From a virus (Duplodnaviria > Caudoviricetes), in the IMG/VR virus record IMGVR_UViG_3300020371_000002: a DNA stretch of 64,000 bases, one strand, 5' to 3'. Within the stretch, counting starts at the first letter, position 1. Every line of letters starts with the position of its first letter. The position numbers and the translations under genes were made by a program. The notes beneath the pieces were generated by a model, which saw only the letters and a program-made list of their open reading frames with translations, was not told the DNA's origin and searched no databases. Below, piece after piece: positions 10,801 to 19,351 of the stretch.

Positions 10801-13800
10801 ACTATCATCTCTAGTTGTACCAATACCAGCATCAGTTAACTTAAATCTTGCACTATCAAGTCTAGTTACAAAATATTCAGTTGTAGTTGATAGACCTTGT
10901 GCAGCAGTTGATGAGAATTCATATCTTACAATTTCACCAGTTCTAAATGCATGGTTAGGTGCATAGAAGTAATCATCAGATGTACTAATACCAGTTTGAA
11001 TATCACCCTCAGTTGGTCTAGCAGGAACTCTGATTCTTTTGTTAGAGTATCCTTCACCAGGGTTCTTAACGTAAATCCTAGTAATAGTGTTTTTACCTTT
11101 CAGAGTTTTGAAAGAATGGAAACCATTACTTACCGATCCGATATTTACCGTATTAATACCAGAAACAGCATCAGATCTGCTAGAGTGTAAGGAGATAGTT
11201 TTGTTATCAACAGGTCTCGCAAAGTACGAAGATTTATCTACAATACCACCAACAGCAACGTTATTATTGGATTCATAAATGACTTCTTCACCAAGTTCAA
11301 AGTTGTGCGGATCTGGAAAATCAATAGTATCGGAAGCAACATTAACTCCATTACCATCAGCTTTAAAAGAGGATACAATTCTTCCTTTAACAAAGTTGGA
11401 TTCGAGAACTGCACCTACACCATTACCACCCGATACAGTAATCTTTGGTTTTTCTTGATAACCAATACCAGGACTGATTAACTTAACTTCTTTAAATGAT
11501 CCAGTAACATTTGCAAATGCAATAGCTCCACTACCAGCTTGATCTTGAATAACTAGTGGAGGTCCATTAATTACATCAAAATCTTTACCAGCATTAGTTA
11601 CTTCAATAGAATCAATTTGACCGAAGAAAATTTCCTCATCAAAAACTGATGCTGGATACAATTCAACACCATTAACAAGAATACCTACAGCTTTGTTATC
11701 TGTTTTTCTCTGAGAGGGATCATCGAAGAAATTTTCCTGTTTATAGTATGGGAACTTTCTTAATAATTTCTGGTTCTTTGCATTCTGATCTTCCCAACCA
11801 CTCTTATAAACATATTGACCTGGAAGATCTCTAGAAACATCAATATACTGTCCAGCAAATACGTCAGACGCACTATAAGAAAGTTGGAAGTCAAAGTCAT
11901 TGATATTAGTTACAAAATAAACACCAGTAGCTAATCCACTGTTGTAACTATTGTTCCAATAAATCTTATCTCCAGTAACAAAGTTATGTCTAAACGGTGT
12001 GGTTGGACTTAATGGGTCTACCGATTTAATAACATTTGTAGTTCCACCAGTTGTGCCTGCTTGTGGTGGATCGGTTTTAATGAATACTTTATTGTCAGTA
12101 GCAAAGATTGGATAGTTTGGAACACCACCAGATGTAACGTAGAAACTTTGTTCATCATTATCAAGATAACTATTCTGAATACCTACAGGTACGTTTTCTA
12201 AACCTGGGAAGTAATTGGCATTGTGAGATGCCTTAACGATGATCTTCTCAACTCTATCAATGTTGGAAGGAACAACACCACTGGTCTGAACAATAATCTT
12301 GTTAGAGGATCTATCAGTTTCTGTACCAGTTGAATATTCAATATCCTTAATCTGAGCTCTTACCTTTTCATTCCTAGAATTAATCAAAAATAGTTCTTCG
12401 TCAATAAAGAACACGACAGAATCAAACAGTTCAACTCTAAATGTGTTAATGTTTTGCTGTGTGAGATTCTTAATGACGTGTTTCGTCGGAATATTATAAA
12501 TCCAAGGTTCAAACTTAGGATCATCACCAAGATCAAATCCAAAAGATGAAAGATTTAAAGTATCATCAATTCGAATATTAGATGTATCTGTAAAGTCAAC
12601 ATTATTGATAACATTAACGAATCTGAACTGAACTAGAGAAGTCTGTCCCAATCCAGCGTAGGCATACGCCAATTTGTCCTCAGAAACGTCTGCACCGAAC
12701 AAAAGGTTAGTTGTGATACCTGTGACACCTAAAAACTGATTACTAGTCTTATCGGCGTACTCAACAGTGATGAAATCTGAAATTGGTGTTGGTTTCAGAA
12801 GCAAACTACCAGTTCTACCAAATCCAATTGTAGAATCAACCAGAATATTATCAGCACCAGCAGTAACAGCTTCTAAAACTTTAGTTTTACCTGGAACTGA
12901 GAAAGTACCACTGAAAGAACCCGAATCAAGGGAAATTTCATAAAAATCTTTGTCATTAATAGGTCGGTATTCAATATTATAGATTGAAGCGCTAACAGTA
13001 CCGACTCCAACAATGTCTTGGTTTAAAAAATTACCTTTAGTCTCAATAGCGTCTCCGCCAAAGAGTTTTTCGACCAAAACATTACGAGTTTTGAAATAAT
13101 TGTTTGAAGAGGGGACTAAAGTGTATTCGGAAGGTTTAATAATCTCAATATCTTCACCATAAAGCAATTTGAACATTACTTTATAGGAAGTATCCGTTCC
13201 TTTAGCACTATAAAAGTCTTTTGCTCTTGTTAGAATAGTAGAAAGGTTTACACCTTCCGTAAAAGATCTATTTTCGAATCCTGGCAAGAATTCAGACTTA
13301 AATTTAGTAAAAAACTCTTGTAAAAAGAGATTACTTAAATTAAAGACGTATTTTGGATCAGTAACACTACCAACAGTGTGGTCATCAGCATCAGTGAGAG
13401 AAAATTGTAAAAATTCCGATTGAATGTCTTGTTGGATTTGGTCAATTCCAGAAAATCCTCTAAAACACTCCTCAAAAGAGTTGAGAATGATTGCAATAGG
13501 AATTTGTCCACCTACGCCAAGTGATTTTTGACTTGCATAGATGAATTTATCACCAACCGCACCAACAGTAGTGCCTGCAGGGAAATATGTACCTGCAGAA
13601 ATAGACATACCAACTTCAATATTGCTGGTATCTTCCATTTCGATAATATTCGACTGATTTGCGAAATTACCGACTCGTGTAGCAACTACTTTGTTCTCAA
13701 TTCTCTTTTTATAGACAATAATCTCATTATCAATCTTCAGGAGACCAAATTTATCAGGCCAACCTGCAGTAGATAGTACCTTAATAGATGTTTGACCAGA

Positions 13801-14043
13801 AGTGATCGTTTCCGTAAGTGCAGTATAGGGAATTAACGACTCCCTATTAAAAGCTGGGATCTGTCTATACTTTGGAAGGTTTACGGCAAGGTCTACCGTA
13901 CCAGATTGGTGTTCTACCGACGCATAATAACTTTCCAGAAACTCTTTGAAGAAAGGAGACTCTTCATTGAGAAATTCTGGAATCTGAGACTCAACAATAT
14001 TGCTAAATTTGACTCTCTTGATCTCGGATTTAGATTGACTCAT
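4864..14043 (-). CDS. Giant baseplate wedge protein (gp7-like wedge initiator), 3059 aa
   Basis: directly downstream of gp6; many xxxGxGY beta modules; N-terminus typical of cyanomyophage wedge initiators. Confidence 0.65.
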   Translation of the reverse strand: MSQSKSEIKRVKFSNIVESQIPEFLNEESPFFKEFLESYYASVEHQSGTVDLAVNLPKYRQIPAFNRESLIPYTALTETITSGQTSIKVLSTAGWPDKFGLLKIDNEIIVYKKRIENKVVATRVGNFANQSNIIEMEDTSNIEVGMSISAGTYFPAGTTVGAVGDKFIYASQKSLGVGGQIPIAIILNSFEECFRGFSGIDQIQQDIQSEFLQFSLTDADDHTVGSVTDPKYVFNLSNLFLQEFFTKFKSEFLPGFENRSFTEGVNLSTILTRAKDFYSAKGTDTSYKVMFKLLYGEDIEIIKPSEYTLVPSSNNYFKTRNVLVEKLFGGDAIETKGNFLNQDIVGVGTVSASIYNIEYRPINDKDFYEISLDSGSFSGTFSVPGKTKVLEAVTAGADNILVDSTIGFGRTGSLLLKPTPISDFITVEYADKTSNQFLGVTGITTNLLFGADVSEDKLAYAYAGLGQTSLVQFRFVNVINNVDFTDTSNIRIDDTLNLSSFGFDLGDDPKFEPWIYNIPTKHVIKNLTQQNINTFRVELFDSVVFFIDEELFLINSRNEKVRAQIKDIEYSTGTETDRSSNKIIVQTSGVVPSNIDRVEKIIVKASHNANYFPGLENVPVGIQNSYLDNDEQSFYVTSGGVPNYPIFATDNKVFIKTDPPQAGTTGGTTNVIKSVDPLSPTTPFRHNFVTGDKIYWNNSYNSGLATGVYFVTNINDFDFQLSYSASDVFAGQYIDVSRDLPGQYVYKSGWEDQNAKNQKLLRKFPYYKQENFFDDPSQRKTDNKAVGILVNGVELYPASVFDEEIFFGQIDSIEVTNAGKDFDVINGPPLVIQDQAGSGAIAFANVTGSFKEVKLISPGIGYQEKPKITVSGGNGVGAVLESNFVKGRIVSSFKADGNGVNVASDTIDFPDPHNFELGEEVIYESNNNVAVGGIVDKSSYFARPVDNKTISLHSSRSDAVSGINTVNIGSVSNGFHSFKTLKGKNTITRIYVKNPGEGYSNKRIRVPARPTEGDIQTGISTSDDYFYAPNHAFRTGEIVRYEFSSTAAQGLSTTTEYFVTRLDSARFKLTDAGIGTTRDDSDFKAGKFARISGVGAGTHTIKYPPIEIKVETLSGIGSTAITNPTLEPLVLGSIESVYLEQGGAGYGCTNILNFHRRPNVGIATVTFEALLKPILVEGSIVDVQILASGRGYRKDSDIVVYGDGDFANISPIIDETNGSITGVRITDGGVNYNPANTTMVLQNRGRDAKFIANVHEWKINQEVKSRNLINTLDAALTKPNTNRELGLQFINIYPANRLRFQVGDNIDSGNLELTNNPQHSPILGYAYDGNPIYGPYGFSGATGGPVQRLRSSYILNTAPKVGLRPPGYTPGYFTDDYEYNGSGDLDEFGGRYCVTPQFPDGTYAYFYAIDVDSSGVAEPKYPYTIGRYFKDTPIVENFAADFNQDKNLAELKITRNIGPYYTNVENSIYDLIDKVDSSFKQEFKVTQIQTSGITSTTIFSPGEDYRVGDRLNLDNAGTNGTGTNIVVSHVLGKNVSEISVGVSTFTNVVLRPVNNIIHGRTSDPHELVNGETIITSGVSTAVLSDIEGAYRVSVVNRKVALTQFLDQLSATGISTFVPVTDVGGFEVNDIIGIGTELMRVTSIDSEFSRLGVNRQVGLAETHKSGSSVELKPTRFTYDIEKGSNFLGFDNRTLFFDPTYAVGVGSTGSIHYLTSTGIGTVTTETKFTRVIPERSIYIKNHPFTTGQKINYRVGVGGTSLTWVKTSAGSTSGIGTENLVDGGDVYAINFGPDYLGISTVGFPTVGDAVYWYTIADPIGLAHSFTTTNQLVTGTVQTFRGQVSTGSSHGLSSGDKISIQAVPFVEESVKILYDPVLRKITTNKVSWSSTTFDASDSSFEFTDLSFKSGDKVVYYNNGNTVNELNNNEVYFVLRESSQRIKLCKDLADVKNGVGVAITSVAAGAYDLAKVNPPITVSKGNILKIDVSDAGLADMRLDIFEDLQFRKKLDVNGTSGSFNLIRDGIPGQVGANVQIRTLAGFPKKSFYTLTPIVPTDQRKNQLSVDNTVRGFNSITVESSLLEDTHEVLVSDDKNFSFNLTKQPTSAELFTTTSGLTTVFYETDSLDALGPIARTKINFEGKGYNKLPRVIGFDTLQGRDAVIKINSDKIGKIETTERIKDGFDYPTDPTLLPFLSVPTVCDISGIARIRDVLVTDGGVNYHQAPKLKVIGNDNIDLQAVVQGGSVVGVEVLTNAFEFDAPLTIVPTRNTNGYDIDQITHSGSDVTVELLLDQQFYKPITTGYGSTNIDFPFKVGDKVYVEGCRLKPASRAAGELNFNSENYGYRQFDVTAVDEINFRVTYSLAGIATGTLGSYDDDFTLGYIHNAKDLAKFQMRLVDDAKFFSGEKVTSDKFEAVVVENGWDVELNQLRLTNSQGELRVGDTLYGERSKLAGKVEDVNRFNIRTSLGLSREKVGEVDQSVGILNDYLQRVSDNFYYQKFSYSIKSKISYSKWRESVRSIVHPSGFREFSDLEIVGDPKKDAIANNYVSVGLAKSTNMKVKTVEPKLDLLINIDNEAYLGSKSNFAMVTEDDPLEDGAVQRVFFPEGRPLKSYILNKTNKVLKIDDISDGFDGSLDRSGNLIGKTNFPLRTGGVPLFKKQFDSSSSAVVDLTNNSISIQNHNFQSGQKVIIDRGGGTPIGVATTSYTTSERHILMGVSGAGGSSMFENGINFEVGGPVTGVSTVANPIVGAKMFGFGTGFPGISTRGTGASFTVMITYDTGTGQPISTNVVLREGGSGYYVGDNVSIAGTHLGGASPANDLTFPVTKISGTRVGIQTVYTNLEGTNDGAGSGAIFEVERDVNLDVSAVRVLSGGSGYAATNTISIAGTYIGGSTPTDNLFLSPTELGSNVMPDEVFIQKLDDVKFRFSGLSTSVIFDMKSLGTGIHTLRYENPNENALILVDGIVQSPLRNKKLSVTTGSGINASSQQVTITSGIGSVSIGDIIRLDDEYIRINFIGDGTFVSSRSAEVNSVVDQNFYYDVNRMNSSVIRVSNSFVTADDNPPY

Positions 14044-15912
14044 TTATCTGGTATACGATCCGTTTAAGAAGCTGGAAGTTGTAATGTATTGTGTAGCAGA
14101 AGTGTTTTCACCAGAGGTAACAACGTCCTGAATGGTGCTGACTCTACTATTTCCAATATCAACCTGTAAATACAGGTCTTTAAGTGCAATGATATCGTTA
14201 GATTCTGGAACTGCTTCGATTTGAACGAATCCAGAAGCTAAATCAGTACCCGTTATATTTACCACATCTAAAAGAACCTCTCCTTCGTCGTACTTCACAA
14301 TGCCTGCATTGTTTTTGACGATGATTGGAGTGTTATTTTCCAGTTTAAAGAATACTAGTCTTCCTCTAGTCAAAGTTTGTGGAACATCACCAATGTAAAT
14401 GGTTCCAGAAACACCATCAATGTTAAATCCAGAAGATTTGATGCTGTAACCAGTTCTCTTTTGATGGAACTTGTTACCAAAACACAATTCGTAAGTTGCA
14501 AACGTGTTTAATTCAGGAATCAGATCTCTCCTAATACGAACTTTAGTAATATTGGATGTAACCCCCTTATCACTATCATCAATCAATCCAACAACCTTAG
14601 AATATTTAAATCTCCCACCAAAACTGTTAATGTCAGCAGATTTAGCATATGCATTAAGAGTGTTAATCACCTTTGTTCTCAATCCAACAGGATCAGCAAC
14701 AACGTTTGCGTTATAGTAAACAGAAGAATCAACTTCAACATAGAGATATTGAAGATCAACCAATTCTGGTTTGATTCCAGCAATGGAATACTGTTTTAAC
14801 TGTCTCAAAATACCATCTTTTGTAATTTGAGAAAGATAACTACCATTTTTAGGTTTTACTGAAATAAAAACCTTTCCAAATTCAGGAGGATCCAATTCTT
14901 CCCCGCCATATGCGGTCACAGTCTCCACGTTTGAGTAGATTAGGGGAATGATACTCTTATAATCATTAGCAGTGACTGCACGGTACTGGGCTGCGTACAC
15001 ACGAGGCGCCAGATACTTGATAGAGTCAATAGATTCTACAAAATCTCCCCCATTAGAACTGTCATTAGTGGTAATAAGAGAAACACCACTAGTAATTGTT
15101 GCTCCCTGATCGTCTTTTAAGACTCCAGCGAAGGAGAAGTTAGCTGAACCATTACCATCTCTACCATTTGTAACAATATAACTTACATCAATTGTAGAAT
15201 TAGCGGGTGGTTTCTTGCCAAGGATGTTATCACCGAAGAGAATTTCGTATTTTTCGTCTTCAATCTCTTGAACAAGGAATAATTTGGAGGTTGCATCCAC
15301 ATTTAGGATGTTTGAATACTTCTGATAGGTTTCAGAAGTAGTAGAATTCACTCTAACTCGGATAGACTCGACATCAACGTTCGAGTTAGGTACAATATAA
15401 CGCTGATTTGGTAAAGAGTAGTCAACTCCGAATGATTTGGTGAGGTAGATTCCTTCATAAACACTAATTTGATCAAAAATTGCGAGGTTTTGGTCGTTTA
15501 CAGCGACAACAAAGTCCTCGGGAATGGAAAAAACGTAACTTCCACTCTGAACGTTACCCAAAACAACCGTTCCAGCCTTCAATGTAACAGTTCTAGTTTC
15601 ATTTGTACCCAAATCTACCGTAAAACTGATAACAGCTTCTGCAGATCTAGAGGATCTTGGGACATAACCAATGTTTCTTGCAAGTGAAACGACATTTTCA
15701 CGCAAAGTAGCGCTGTCAAGGAACACTTCATTGACTGCCATGTTAGTATTGTAGGCAGTAATGTAAGTATTATACGCAAGAATGTCAATCAGGACCGAAA
15801 AGTTTGATCCATCGAAGTCAAAATCGGAAAAATCCGTGTTAGTTCGAAGGAAATCCTTTACTTGATCCCTAATTCCATTAAAATCTAGGTTTGTAAATTG
15901 ATTAAACGCCAT
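14044..15912 (-). CDS. gp6: Baseplate wedge subunit gp6
   Basis: LDF...DFDFDGSNFSVLIDILAYNTY, FLDSATLRENVVSLARNIGY, RAVTANDY motifs; follows gp25. Confidence 0.93.
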   Translation of the reverse strand: MAFNQFTNLDFNGIRDQVKDFLRTNTDFSDFDFDGSNFSVLIDILAYNTYITAYNTNMAVNEVFLDSATLRENVVSLARNIGYVPRSSRSAEAVISFTVDLGTNETRTVTLKAGTVVLGNVQSGSYVFSIPEDFVVAVNDQNLAIFDQISVYEGIYLTKSFGVDYSLPNQRYIVPNSNVDVESIRVRVNSTTSETYQKYSNILNVDATSKLFLVQEIEDEKYEILFGDNILGKKPPANSTIDVSYIVTNGRDGNGSANFSFAGVLKDDQGATITSGVSLITTNDSSNGGDFVESIDSIKYLAPRVYAAQYRAVTANDYKSIIPLIYSNVETVTAYGGEELDPPEFGKVFISVKPKNGSYLSQITKDGILRQLKQYSIAGIKPELVDLQYLYVEVDSSVYYNANVVADPVGLRTKVINTLNAYAKSADINSFGGRFKYSKVVGLIDDSDKGVTSNITKVRIRRDLIPELNTFATYELCFGNKFHQKRTGYSIKSSGFNIDGVSGTIYIGDVPQTLTRGRLVFFKLENNTPIIVKNNAGIVKYDEGEVLLDVVNITGTDLASGFVQIEAVPESNDIIALKDLYLQVDIGNSRVSTIQDVVTSGENTSATQYITTSSFLNGSYTR

Positions 15913-16358
15913 TATACTCTAGTTGGCTGGAGGAGGAACTCGATATTTTGAGTGGGAAAGGGTAAACCCACTATGTCATAACGTATATTTACTAACATTT
16001 CATTAGAATCCATAGGATATGACACCAAAACTTCACTAGTTTCAATCCTAGGTTCGTAGTTTTCAAGTAAAACCCTTATTTCTGTCTCAACTGACGCAGC
16101 AATTTCAGGTGTTTGGTTCTCAAACATCTGATTTTCTACGTTTGCACCCAAAATTGGTTGGAAAAAACGTTCGCCCATACGAGTACGAACAAGGTTTACC
16201 ACTGCTCTCTTGATCGCATCCTCATTTTTTAACGGCATAATGTCGTTAGTGACTGGATGGCGACGAAAAGTTAAGCTTATATCCTTAAATGTCCTCGAAA
16301 TTGTAGATCTACCAGCAGTAGTTGTTATTCTCCTACTAGCATCGTAGTCGTTGGGCAT
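15912..16358 (-). CDS. gp25: Baseplate wedge subunit gp25
   Basis: FKDISL, AIKRAVVNLVRTRMGERFF, LENYEPRI motifs. Confidence 0.92.
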   Translation of the reverse strand: MPNDYDASRRITTTAGRSTISRTFKDISLTFRRHPVTNDIMPLKNEDAIKRAVVNLVRTRMGERFFQPILGANVENQMFENQTPEIAASVETEIRVLLENYEPRIETSEVLVSYPMDSNEMLVNIRYDIVGLPFPTQNIEFLLQPTRV

Positions 16359-16372
16359 GGAAATTTCCCTGT

Positions 16373-16621
16373 TTAATTACTATCTATAAGGGTTTTGTTC
16401 CATTTTTGACCGTAAATGGGTTCAGTACCATATTCCCAGTCATCATAATCCTCATCATTACGAATTCTTTCGTGAAATTCGTTCTGTTTTTTAAATTTTT
16501 CACCATCGTGAGCAATTTCACGAATCTGGTTTAGGTATCTGTCCGATTTTGGGTCAGTTATAAGCGTCATTCCCGAATTAATAAACTCTTCGCTCATATC
16601 TGGAACTGGATGAACAGACAT
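16373..16621 (-). CDS. Hypothetical acidic protein
   Basis: ORF with GGAGG RBS downstream of a late promoter. Confidence 0.75.
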   Translation of the reverse strand: MSVHPVPDMSEEFINSGMTLITDPKSDRYLNQIREIAHDGEKFKKQNEFHERIRNDEDYDDWEYGTEPIYGQKWNKTLIDSN

Positions 16622-16677
16622 AATTGCCTCCTAGAGCTCTGCGGACAGAACTTTTATGGAGGTTTCTATCTCCAGTT

Positions 16678-17193
16678 CTATTTAGAGTCGAATTTCCAAT
16701 GGTTATTTGGTTGTTCCCACCAAAAATGCAAGTCTTCTACTGCATCGTTATAGTATAATGTTACAAAGTCACTCTTAAACTTACTTCCAAGGTTCTCACA
16801 AAGAGCAACTGTATAGTATTTGTTACTGGAAACCAGCTCCATTTGCTGTGTAATCCATGTATAGTTACCGCCCCTGATAACTCCAGCTTCAATCAGGACG
16901 AAATTATCCCATTTACGAGCCCAGTCAATGTACTTTTCCGCGAAATCGACCTTGTAGTCCAGACTATCTTCATCGGGGAAGGGTACATTTACCGATTCAA
17001 TATGAAAAATCTCCCCATCCATGGATAATGAATGAGAGAGATGTTGTGTAACAACCGCAGAATAGTCAGGAGACACCATCAAGAAGCATGTTTTTGATGG
17101 ATGAATGTCGATATCGGACATTTTGATTCGATATGACATCTCTTGGATCAGAGCCATCTCCTGATCCTGCGATATGAATTTAAGTTTTTTCAC
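16678..17193 (-). CDS. Phosphoribosyltransferase-fold-like protein
   Basis: FVLIEAGVIRGGNY resembles the PRPP-binding loop (hhhhDDhhxxGxT). Confidence 0.5.
   Translation of the reverse strand: MKKLKFISQDQEMALIQEMSYRIKMSDIDIHPSKTCFLMVSPDYSAVVTQHLSHSLSMDGEIFHIESVNVPFPDEDSLDYKVDFAEKYIDWARKWDNFVLIEAGVIRGGNYTWITQQMELVSSNKYYTVALCENLGSKFKSDFVTLYYNDAVEDLHFWWEQPNNHWKFDSK
16679..16685 (-). promoter_or_regulatory. Late promoter CTAAATA followed by a stem-loop leader
   Basis: CTAAATA then AGAACT/AGTTCT-closed hairpin (16647-16679). Confidence 0.55.
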
Positions 17194-17196
17194 TAC

Positions 17197-17343
17197 TCAA
17201 CCAGCAGCAAGTGGTGAATGTACAGATGGTTCTGCTTTCGCTGCCTCTCTACGACCACCACCTACGACATAATTAAACTGCATTGCGTCTTCTTTAGCTG
17301 CAGGTTCTGCATTTGGAGACATTCTAGGATCTGAATCAGCCAT
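17197..17343 (-). CDS. Small hypothetical protein (48 aa), below ORF-track cutoff
   Basis: MADSDPRMSPNAEPAAKEDAMQFNY...; TAATG coupling to upstream ORF. Confidence 0.6.
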   Translation of the reverse strand: MADSDPRMSPNAEPAAKEDAMQFNYVVGGGRREAAKAEPSVHSPLAAG

Positions 17344-17489
17344 TACTTTCCTTGACCTCGGTAACGTTTGCGTTTTGCGTTTGCGGAACTAGCAGAATAT
17401 TTAGAATTCTTGCCATTTCCCTGCCTCGTCTTCTTGGGAGTCGATTCAACAAAGGATTGACCTGAACGAGAGATCTTCTTAACAGCCAT
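17343..17489 (-). CDS. Small very basic protein (48 aa), KTRQG...RYRGQG type
   Basis: MAVKKISRSGQSFVESTPKKTRQGNGKNSKYSASSANAKRKRYRGQGK; CTAAATA immediately upstream. Confidence 0.7.
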   Translation of the reverse strand: MAVKKISRSGQSFVESTPKKTRQGNGKNSKYSASSANAKRKRYRGQGK

Positions 17490-17570
17490 TATTTAGTCCT
17501 TAGAATTTGTTTTCGCGATTTTTTTGGGTTGACGACGCGGTTGAAACGCGCCGCCGCAGAATATAAGAGA

Positions 17571-18329
17571 TCAGATGACTCGGGTCTTTTCGTGACCAAC
17601 ACGAATCAGAGGATCACACCAGATCTCATAACCAGCCTCTTTGGCATCCAGACAGAAGGAGACATCCTCTCCACACATGTCTTGAACTTCACCAGAATCA
17701 AAGACCTGCATCTTAGGTGCAAACCAAGGATATTCCATCTTAGGATCTTCAAACACACCGTGCTTAATCAGAGTCCAACCGAAACCAGTGTAGTCAACTG
17801 TGAATGCCTTACGACGACGTGAGATGGATTCTCCAGTCTCGTGGTTCATGACACCACCATTCTTTGCGAAGTCATCTTCTTCCAACCAGTGAGCAACCGA
17901 GGTAGTCTTTCCGTCCTCAGTCATATACCAGCCACATGCAATATCCTTATCCATTGCAACGAGACGGTAGAACTTCTCTGAATCGAAAACAATGTCGGAG
18001 TCAATCCACAGTTGGTAATCATACTTGAGTTTACCATCCCAAGGAAGTTGATTAGGACCTCGAAGTACATTGGCACCCAGCACCTTACAACGTGCAAAGT
18101 TAACCATCGAGGAGTAGTCTTGTGAAATTTGAATACTTGCACCACGTTGTACAAGATCAAAACAGAGTTGTACGAAACTCTTCAAAAATTGATATGAGAC
18201 TCCTCGACCAGGAAGACAGAAGACAATTGCTTTACCTTTGACCATCTCTTGTGCAGCTTCGAGATTAAAGGCGTCTTCTACTTTCTTTGGTTTGGGAGCG
18301 TTTGCTTTAACGGTAAATCCTTTAGCCAT
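17571..18329 (-). CDS. Glycosyltransferase GT-A (family 2)-like protein
   Basis: FCLPG, FARCK, LWIDSDIVF (DxD), GFGWTLI, GEDVSFC motifs; likely start MAKGF at 18329. Confidence 0.7.
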   Translation of the reverse strand: MAKGFTVKANAPKPKKVEDAFNLEAAQEMVKGKAIVFCLPGRGVSYQFLKSFVQLCFDLVQRGASIQISQDYSSMVNFARCKVLGANVLRGPNQLPWDGKLKYDYQLWIDSDIVFDSEKFYRLVAMDKDIACGWYMTEDGKTTSVAHWLEEDDFAKNGGVMNHETGESISRRRKAFTVDYTGFGWTLIKHGVFEDPKMEYPWFAPKMQVFDSGEVQDMCGEDVSFCLDAKEAGYEIWCDPLIRVGHEKTRVI

Positions 18330-18400
18330 AGTGTTGAATAGTGACAATGATATTTTACCACGGTAATTCAGTCATTGCAACAACCGTGATGTTGAGTTAT

Positions 18401-18568
18401 TTAGCCTTGTTCGCAGGGGACGATTTTGATCTTTTCCTTACAGAGATCATCATCCCTATACCAATCAAAATACTCCTTGACAAACGTCATCTTGTGATCA
18501 AGATCTTCTTTTCGACAAGCTTCTATGATCTTATGCTTGCCGATATAAACATCATAAGTTGAACTCAT
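18401..18568 (-). CDS. Small hypothetical protein (55 aa)
   Basis: hand-translated MSSTYDVYIGKHKIIEAC... Confidence 0.55.
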   Translation of the reverse strand: MSSTYDVYIGKHKIIEACRKEDLDHKMTFVKEYFDWYRDDDLCKEKIKIVPCEQG

Positions 18569-18704
18569 CTTGAATCTTACCTAATAGATCTTCCAATTCC
18601 TGTTTTAAACAATGGTTCAAAAGAAATGTTTCATCATTTTCGATACGATACTGAATGGCTTCAACTAGGAGTTCAATTTCATATTGATCTACATCTAGTG
18701 ACAT
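18552..18704 (-). CDS. Small hypothetical protein (50 aa)
   Basis: hand-translated MSLDVDQYEIELLVEAIQYRI... Confidence 0.55.
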   Translation of the reverse strand: MSLDVDQYEIELLVEAIQYRIENDETFLLNHCLKQELEDLLGKIQDEFNL

Positions 18705-18749
18705 ATTCGTATTACATGTTCTTCAAATATACTTATAAGAATAATAGTT

Positions 18750-18950
18750 TTAATAACTACATTCTTCATAGGACTTTAACTTAGTTTCTTCAAGGAAACG
18801 TATAGGCAGTATATCCAGATTCCAGAAGTCCTCCTCAGGAATCTTGCTTAGTGTCTCTTCCAACTCAGAGGAACTTAAACATGATGCAATTACATCGTAA
18901 CCTTTGTTGCTTCTCTTATAGAGGTGGAATTTGATCTCATGCATAAACAC
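18750..18950 (-). CDS. Hypothetical protein
   Basis: ORF track; TTGATC-17-TATTAT promoter at 18974-19002. Confidence 0.6.
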   Translation of the reverse strand: MFMHEIKFHLYKRSNKGYDVIASCLSSSELEETLSKIPEEDFWNLDILPIRFLEETKLKSYEECSY

Positions 18951-18982
18951 TTTTTGGAATGTTCACATTATCTATAATACCA

Positions 18983-19156
18983 CTAAGGTTCGCAGAGATC
19001 AAGTATGTTACCTTCTGACATTAATCTATGTCTCTTACCTGTTACTCTTGCCCTATTACTAGCTGTCCTATATGCAGATGCTACATGGTGCATAGTCTGA
19101 TAGTGTTTCCAATAACCGAATTGGTCTTGGTATTCTATATCGACCTTTTGGCTCAT
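18983..19156 (-). CDS. Small hypothetical protein (57 aa)
   Basis: hand-translated MSQKVDIEYQDQFGYWKHYQT... Confidence 0.6.
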   Translation of the reverse strand: MSQKVDIEYQDQFGYWKHYQTMHHVASAYRTASNRARVTGKRHRLMSEGNILDLCEP

Positions 19157-19351
19157 TTTTATACCTGAAAAATTTTTTTAATTCACTTATAATCACTCTC
19201 GCGTTTTTGGTCCGTTGTAGGTTAGGTTCCCTGTACGCTTTTAATATCGCTCAGGGATCGCTACACATAAGGACACAAAATACCTGCTCATTCGCTGCTC
19301 TTATTATCGCATAGTTTGGGGAGAATGGCAACACCCTCCCCAGAGACTGCC

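Noticed and set aside
1388-14716. Short plus-strand and alternative-frame ORFs within structural genes
   Set aside because: Overlap long ORFs on the coding strand; Ser/Thr/Cys-rich shadow translations
18330-18347. Track start MSLFNT for the GT-A gene
   Set aside because: MAKGF at 18329 looks like the more typical N-terminus; extension unsupported
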